A stretch of DNA of 45,376 bases, from contig CASTMW010000001.1 in assembly GCA_949450265.1 (NCBI GenBank), forward strand, positions 1-45,376, in the 5' to 3' direction. A program made the position numbers and the translations under genes. This DNA comes from an uncultured Eggerthellaceae bacterium (lineage in GTDB: Bacteria > Actinomycetota > Coriobacteriia > Coriobacteriales > Eggerthellaceae). Positions within the stretch are counted from its first letter, which is position 1. Every line of letters begins with the position of its first letter. Positions 40,399-45,376 of the stretch are shown in pieces. The notes beneath the pieces were generated by a model. That model was not told the origin of the DNA. It did no database searches and was given only the letters and a program-made list of their open reading frames with translations.

Positions 40399-42860
40399 TC
40401 CACGAAGCGACGAACATTGCGGTGTCGCTTGGGGCCATGGCGCCCAGCAAACGCAAGCTGCTGCGTCGCGAGGTGGCCCGTGCGCTCGGAACGGACATGG
40501 CGCATCTGGGTGATCTGCGCATCGTGCGCCGCAGCGTGGATGCGCGCAAGAAGGGCAACGTGCATTTTGTGGTGTCGGTCACGTTCAAGCTGATGGGCAT
40601 CGACGCGGCCCAGCTGCGACCTGCGAAGGGCATCAGCGTGCACCCGTGGAAGGCGCCATTGGCCCCTTCGATCCCCGACCTCTCCGATACGTTCGTGCGA
40701 AGCGGGGCGGCGCGCCCGATAGTGGTAGGTGCAGGACCGGCAGGGCTGTTCTGCGCATTGTGGCTGGCGCGCGCGGGGCTGCGGCCCATCGTGGTGGAGC
40801 GCGGCCAAGCGGTAGAGGATCGTGCGCGCACCGTGGCTGCGTTCGATGCGGGGGCGGCGCTGGACCCGCAGAGCAACATCCAGTTCGGCGAAGGCGGCGC
40901 GGGCGCGTTCAGCGATGGCAAGCTGACGTGCGGCAAGAGCGACCCGAACATGCGCCATGTGCTGCAAGCGTTCGTGGATGCGGGCGCGCCTGCGGACATC
41001 CTGGTGGATGCCAAGCCGCACATCGGCACCGATCATCTGCCTGCCACCGTGCGTGGCCTGCGCAAGGCCATCCAGGCGGCCGGGGGCGAGTTCCGTTTCA
41101 ACACGCAGTTGGTCGGGATCCGTGTGGAGGCTGACGGTGTGCAGTTCGGCGATGCGAAGACTGAAGAAGCCGCTGGATCGTTCGATATCGCTTCTGCGTC
41201 CTCCCATGTTTCACATAAAACGTCCGCTCGTTCTCAGGCGATCAAAAATCATGAAGAGATCCCCTGTTCAGATGATGTTTCACCTGCGTATGGACATCGT
41301 CTCTGCGCGGGCATCTTCTGCGATCTGCTGACCGGCACCGAATTTGAGCTACCCGTAGCAACCTTGGTGCTGGCCATCGGCCACTCTGCGCGCGATACGG
41401 TGGAGATGCTGCTCGATGCGGGCGTTCGCATGCAGCGCAAGCCATTCGCGGTGGGTGTGCGCATCGAGCATCCGCAAGCGCTGATCGACCGTGCACAGTA
41501 TGGGCGCGCTGCGGGCCACCCGGCGCTGCCGCCTGCGGAGTACAAGCTGAACGTGCGCACGGCGGACGACCGCGGCGTGTACACATTCTGCATGTGCCCA
41601 GGCGGCACCGTGGTGGCGGCTGCCAGCGAGCCGGGTGGCGTGTGCACGAACGGCATGAGCACGCACGCTCGCAACGGTCGCAATGCTAATAGCGCTCTGC
41701 TGGTTGAGGTGCGACCCGAGGACCTGCCGGGCGAAGATGTGCTGGCTGGCGTCCGGTTCCAGCGACAGCTCGAACGCGCCGCCTACGATCTGGCCCAGAG
41801 CGCTGGGGTCGTAGTTGCTACTCAGCCCTTCGCTGCACCCGCGCAGACCGTGGGCGCCTTCCTTGCCGATGGGTCCGACGAGTATCGCGCGGATGAGAGC
41901 GATGTGTCGGTGATCCCCACCTACCCTCGTGGCGTGGTGGAAGCGCCCTTGCGCTCTTGCTTGCCGCCGTTCGTCGCGGATGCGCTGGCCGAGGCATTGC
42001 CGAAGCTGGATCGCAAGCTGGATGGGTTCGCGGACCCGGGCGCGGTGCTCACGGCGGTGGAAGCGCGCAGCTCCAGCCCAGTGCGCATGGTGCGCGATCG
42101 CCAGACTCGCCAAGCGGCGAACATCAGCGGCCTATTCCCGGCGGGCGAGGGGGCAGGGTATGCGGGCGGTATCATGAGCGCAGCCACCGATGGCATCCGC
42201 ACCGCCGAGACCATCATCAGCGCGTTCGCGCTGGCTCAGGTCGTCGTAGCGCCCGATGCGATCGTCGACCATCTGCTCACGGGCGCTCCTACCATCTTCG
42301 AGACGGATACCGTGGTGGGGCTGGGGCTGGCAGCGCAGCAGGCGCAGACACCTGCACTGTTATACGAATTGAAAGGGCGTGCTGCTGACAAGCCTGTCTC
42401 GTGGTTGGTCGACGGGCCTCAGGCGCTCGACCAGCTGGGTGCGGATGCGCCGCTCTATGCGCATCGTTTGGCTGAGCGCTTCTGGCCGGGAGCGCTAACG
42501 CTGGTGGTGAGAGCGTCTGACAAGGTCCCTCGCGCGTTCGCTTCCCGCAAGGGCACGATCGGCCTTCGCATGCCCGAACACGCGCCAACATTGGCACTGA
42601 TCGGCCGTGTAGGGCCGCTGGCTGCTACGTCGGCGAACCGCTCAGATACTCCGGCGCCCCATACGCTCGCGCAGGTCGATCCTGGGTTGCTGCTGGCGGT
42701 CGGGCATGCGCTGGCGCCTTTGTCCGCCGCTCCTGTCGCTTCGTCTGGCATCGCGTCCACTGTTGTCGACTGCACGGGTCCTGAACCCCGCATCCTGCGT
42801 GAGGGCAACCTTGCGGCTGAGGTGCTGCGCGTGTGCGCCGAAACGGAGCAGCGTCGCTGA
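40395..42860 (+). CDS. tsaC: COG2509-type FAD-dependent oxidoreductase fused to a C-terminal TsaC/YrdC (threonylcarbamoyl-AMP synthase) domain
   Basis: RRSVDAR, VVGAGPAG, FGEGGAGAFSDGKL, PHIGTD, AIGHSARD, FCMCPGG, GEGAGYAGGIMSAA; then ETDTVVGL, KGR..DKP, FWPGALT, TSANRS, STVVD, ILREG. Confidence 0.88.
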   Translation: MIHEATNIAVSLGAMAPSKRKLLRREVARALGTDMAHLGDLRIVRRSVDARKKGNVHFVVSVTFKLMGIDAAQLRPAKGISVHPWKAPLAPSIPDLSDTFVRSGAARPIVVGAGPAGLFCALWLARAGLRPIVVERGQAVEDRARTVAAFDAGAALDPQSNIQFGEGGAGAFSDGKLTCGKSDPNMRHVLQAFVDAGAPADILVDAKPHIGTDHLPATVRGLRKAIQAAGGEFRFNTQLVGIRVEADGVQFGDAKTEEAAGSFDIASASSHVSHKTSARSQAIKNHEEIPCSDDVSPAYGHRLCAGIFCDLLTGTEFELPVATLVLAIGHSARDTVEMLLDAGVRMQRKPFAVGVRIEHPQALIDRAQYGRAAGHPALPPAEYKLNVRTADDRGVYTFCMCPGGTVVAAASEPGGVCTNGMSTHARNGRNANSALLVEVRPEDLPGEDVLAGVRFQRQLERAAYDLAQSAGVVVATQPFAAPAQTVGAFLADGSDEYRADESDVSVIPTYPRGVVEAPLRSCLPPFVADALAEALPKLDRKLDGFADPGAVLTAVEARSSSPVRMVRDRQTRQAANISGLFPAGEGAGYAGGIMSAATDGIRTAETIISAFALAQVVVAPDAIVDHLLTGAPTIFETDTVVGLGLAAQQAQTPALLYELKGRAADKPVSWLVDGPQALDQLGADAPLYAHRLAERFWPGALTLVVRASDKVPRAFASRKGTIGLRMPEHAPTLALIGRVGPLAATSANRSDTPAPHTLAQVDPGLLLAVGHALAPLSAAPVASSGIASTVVDCTGPEPRILREGNLAAEVLRVCAETEQRR

Positions 42861-42976
42861 CCGCAGCCGCACGATGTCTGCGTGCCTTCCGCATCGCGCG
42901 AACCTAAGAGCGCTGCGCTGGTATACTGATGGAGCGGCAGCCACAAGAGAGGGCTGCCACGACAGAAGGAGGCCCT

Positions 42977-43414
42977 ATGCGCGTCAGCATCGCAAGCGAT
43001 CACGCTGGTTTTGAGCAGAAGCAGCGATTGGCGCAGTACCTTCGCGATGAAGGCGCCGATGTGATCGACTTGGGCCCCACTACGGACGATCGCGTCGATT
43101 ATCCCGATTTCGCGCGCGCAGTGGCCGAGAACGTGGCGGCGGGCGATTCGCGGTTCGGTGTGCTGGTGTGCGGCACGGGCATCGGCATGGCCATGGCCGC
43201 CAATAAGGTGCCCGGCATCCGGGCTGCCAACATCATGGATATCAGGTTCGCCGAACTGACGCGCCAGCACAACGATGCCAACGTCGTCACACTGAGCGGC
43301 CGGTTCGTCACCTTCGAGGATAACTGCCGCATTGTGAACGCCTTCCTGAATACACCGTTCGAGGGCGGGCGTCACGCAGGGCGCATCCAGAAGATCTCTG
43401 ACCTGGAGAAGTAG
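42977..43414 (+). CDS. rpiB: Ribose-5-phosphate isomerase B
   Basis: IASDHAG, VDYPD, CGTGIGM..AANKVPGIRA, HNDAN, FEGGRH; AGGAGG RBS. Confidence 0.95.
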   Translation: MRVSIASDHAGFEQKQRLAQYLRDEGADVIDLGPTTDDRVDYPDFARAVAENVAAGDSRFGVLVCGTGIGMAMAANKVPGIRAANIMDIRFAELTRQHNDANVVTLSGRFVTFEDNCRIVNAFLNTPFEGGRHAGRIQKISDLEK

Positions 43415-43512
43415 CGTCGAACGTGCTTGCAAGATAATCAACGAGCGAGGACTACAGAGCGACCGAGCATCATCTGAACCTCTTCCCGATGAACAGCAAT
43501 AGGAGCAACGCC

Positions 43513-44007
43513 ATGACGATCGACCGCATCGACAATCGCCCCAGCTGGGACGAGTATTTCATGGACCTGGCCAACCAAGTGGCCAGCCGCACCACCTGCC
43601 TGCGCCGCGGCGTGGGCGCGGTCATCGTGAAGGACCGCCGCATCTTGGCCACGGGCTACAACGGCGTGCCCTCCGGCTTGCGCCATTGCGCCGAAACGGG
43701 CTGCCTGCGCCAGCAGCTAGGCGTTCCCTCAGGTCAGCGGCACGAGATATGCCGGGGTCTGCACGCCGAACAGAACGCTATCATCCAGGCCGCGCGCTTT
43801 GGCACCGACATCGACGGTGCCAGCATCTACGTGAACACCCAACCATGCGTGGTCTGTGCGAAGATGATCATCAACGCCGGCATCCGTGAGATCATCTACC
43901 AGAATCCCTATCCCGACGAACTGGCGCAAGAGCTGCTGGTCGAATCGGGCATCCTGCTGCGCGAGTTCATCCCTGAGAAGCACGAGGGAGCAGGAGAGCA
44001 GCGCTAG
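43513..44007 (+). CDS. dCMP deaminase (ComEB family)
   Basis: [36 protein letters not shown]; AGGAG RBS. Confidence 0.92.
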   Translation: MTIDRIDNRPSWDEYFMDLANQVASRTTCLRRGVGAVIVKDRRILATGYNGVPSGLRHCAETGCLRQQLGVPSGQRHEICRGLHAEQNAIIQAARFGTDIDGASIYVNTQPCVVCAKMIINAGIREIIYQNPYPDELAQELLVESGILLREFIPEKHEGAGEQR

Positions 44008-44151
44008 GTCTGCCGCTCGTCGCGGTACACGCCCACCGTTCACCGTTGATTGTTTCGAAACGGTAACCTACACCGGCGAATCCGTTTATCATGCACTCAG
44101 GTTTGGAGGCAAGCCGCGCTCGCGCGGCAGCGCACAGACGAGGTACGGTAG

Positions 44152-44433
44152 ATGGTTCTTGCGGTCCTGCTCGGCATCGCCGCTGGTCTTATCGGGTTCA
44201 TCCCGTTGGTCATCGGCCTGAAGCTGACCAAGCGCACAGTTCATGGCGGCACTGCCGCATCCATGATCGTGCTGCTGTTGGGGCTGGTCGTCTCGTTCGC
44301 GCTGCTGTTTGCATTCGCGGTCCTGTTCTTCGGATTCGACCATGACAGGGGCATCGCATTCCTGTTCGCTGAGGTGCTCTCGCTCAGCGCCGCGGCCATC
44401 GGGTACGCCCTATGGCAGATGCTCAGAAGGTAG
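44152..44433 (+). CDS. Small membrane protein, AtpI-like
   Basis: 93 aa with three hydrophobic segments, directly upstream of atpB; the call is positional. Confidence 0.6.
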   Translation: MVLAVLLGIAAGLIGFIPLVIGLKLTKRTVHGGTAASMIVLLLGLVVSFALLFAFAVLFFGFDHDRGIAFLFAEVLSLSAAAIGYALWQMLRR

Positions 44434-44451
44434 GAAAAGAAGGGGACAAGC

Positions 44452-45237
44452 GTGAACGCACTCGAAGTACTGTCGGAACACGTACCTGAATTGAAGGAAT
44501 CGTTCGATTCCGCTATCGTCATCGGCAACAGCACGTTCGGCCTGACGCAGTATACGTTATGGATGATCATCTGCTGGATCCTGACGCTCATCGTGGTGCT
44601 GGTGGTCGGGCGCAAGCTCACCCTCATCCCCACCAACAAGTTCGTCAACATGGTGGAATATGGCTACCAGTTCGTCCGTAACGACATGGGCGAAGGCGTC
44701 ATCGGCCATGGGTTCAAGAAGCATGTGCCGTTTCTGGCCACGCTGTTCTTCTTCATCCTGATCAGCAACTTCGTCGGGCTGATACCCGGCTGCAAGACGC
44801 CTACTGGCACCATCTCGGTCACATGGGCGCTCTCGCTGATATCGTTTTTGTATTTCGTCTTCTGGGGCGTGCGCGCACATGGCGGCCTGGGCTACCTCAA
44901 GTCGCTCGCTCCGAGCGGGCTGCCCATTGTCATGGTGCCCATCATCTGGTTCTTGGAGCTGATCTCCACGGTCATCCGCCTGCTGACGTTGGCAGTTCGA
45001 CTCTATGGCAATATGTTCGCAGGGCACATGGTGCTCGGCATTTTCGCGCTGGCCTCCAGCGTGTTCTTGACCGTGGGCATCCAGTCGTTCGACCTGGTCA
45101 GCGGCGTGCTTTCGGTGCCATGGTTCCTGTTGCTCATCTTCATGTACGCGCTTGAGACGCTGGTGGCTTTCCTACAGGCATATGTGTTCACCACGCTCAG
45201 CTCGGTCTATATCTCTTTGGCAACATCGGCCCACTAA
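44452..45237 (+). CDS. atpB: F0F1 ATP synthase subunit a
   Basis: FFFILISN..GLIP, TPT, LELIS..IR.LTLAVRLYGNMFAGH, LQAYVFTTL. Confidence 0.95.
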   Translation: MNALEVLSEHVPELKESFDSAIVIGNSTFGLTQYTLWMIICWILTLIVVLVVGRKLTLIPTNKFVNMVEYGYQFVRNDMGEGVIGHGFKKHVPFLATLFFFILISNFVGLIPGCKTPTGTISVTWALSLISFLYFVFWGVRAHGGLGYLKSLAPSGLPIVMVPIIWFLELISTVIRLLTLAVRLYGNMFAGHMVLGIFALASSVFLTVGIQSFDLVSGVLSVPWFLLLIFMYALETLVAFLQAYVFTTLSSVYISLATSAH

Positions 45238-45352
45238 GGCCACCACTGCGCCCTTGGCGCATCCATTTGGGTTCACCCGGCACTCCGGCCGGTGACCATA
45301 AGAAGAAATGTTTTTGGGAAAACAGGCTCAAAAACGGTAAAAGGAGGAAACT

Positions 45353-45376
45353 GTGGAAATCGCACTCGTACTCTCT
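45353..45376 (+). CDS. atpE: Probable ATP synthase subunit c, 5' fragment cut off by the window end
   Basis: AAGGAGG RBS, then GTG GAA ATC GCA CTC...; follows atpB. Only 8 codons are visible. Confidence 0.55.

Overview
High-GC, mostly core-genome segment, probably from a gut-type Coriobacteriia (Eggerthellaceae-like) actinobacterium; the taxonomy is inferred from protein features, not from a search. Gene order: RelB/DinJ-PIN toxin-antitoxin pair; large GT-C-like membrane protein; nagB plus a Bifidobacterium/Corynebacterium-type sialic acid ABC cluster with nanA but no substrate-binding gene; ftsB, ppx, polyprenyl synthase and a CwlM-like protein; tRNA-Leu(TAA); ydbST; leuCDB; hisS; aspS with an in-frame TGA at a conserved Cys; ruvCAB; csp; a divergent queuosine locus (queH-small ORF-queA on minus, HAD-tgt-MFS-kinase-fold on plus); a tyrosine phosphatase; secDF; a fused ECF ATPase; an HI0933/YhiN flavoprotein; a COG2509-type flavoprotein fused to TsaC; rpiB; dCMP deaminase; and the start of the atp operon. 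Best candidates for new biology: the queuosine locus with unassigned HAD, MFS, kinase-fold and 64-aa genes on an overlapping bidirectional promoter; the flavoprotein-TsaC fusion beside a YhiN homolog; the UGA-interrupted aspS; and two structured non-coding elements. All family calls come from motif recognition by eye.
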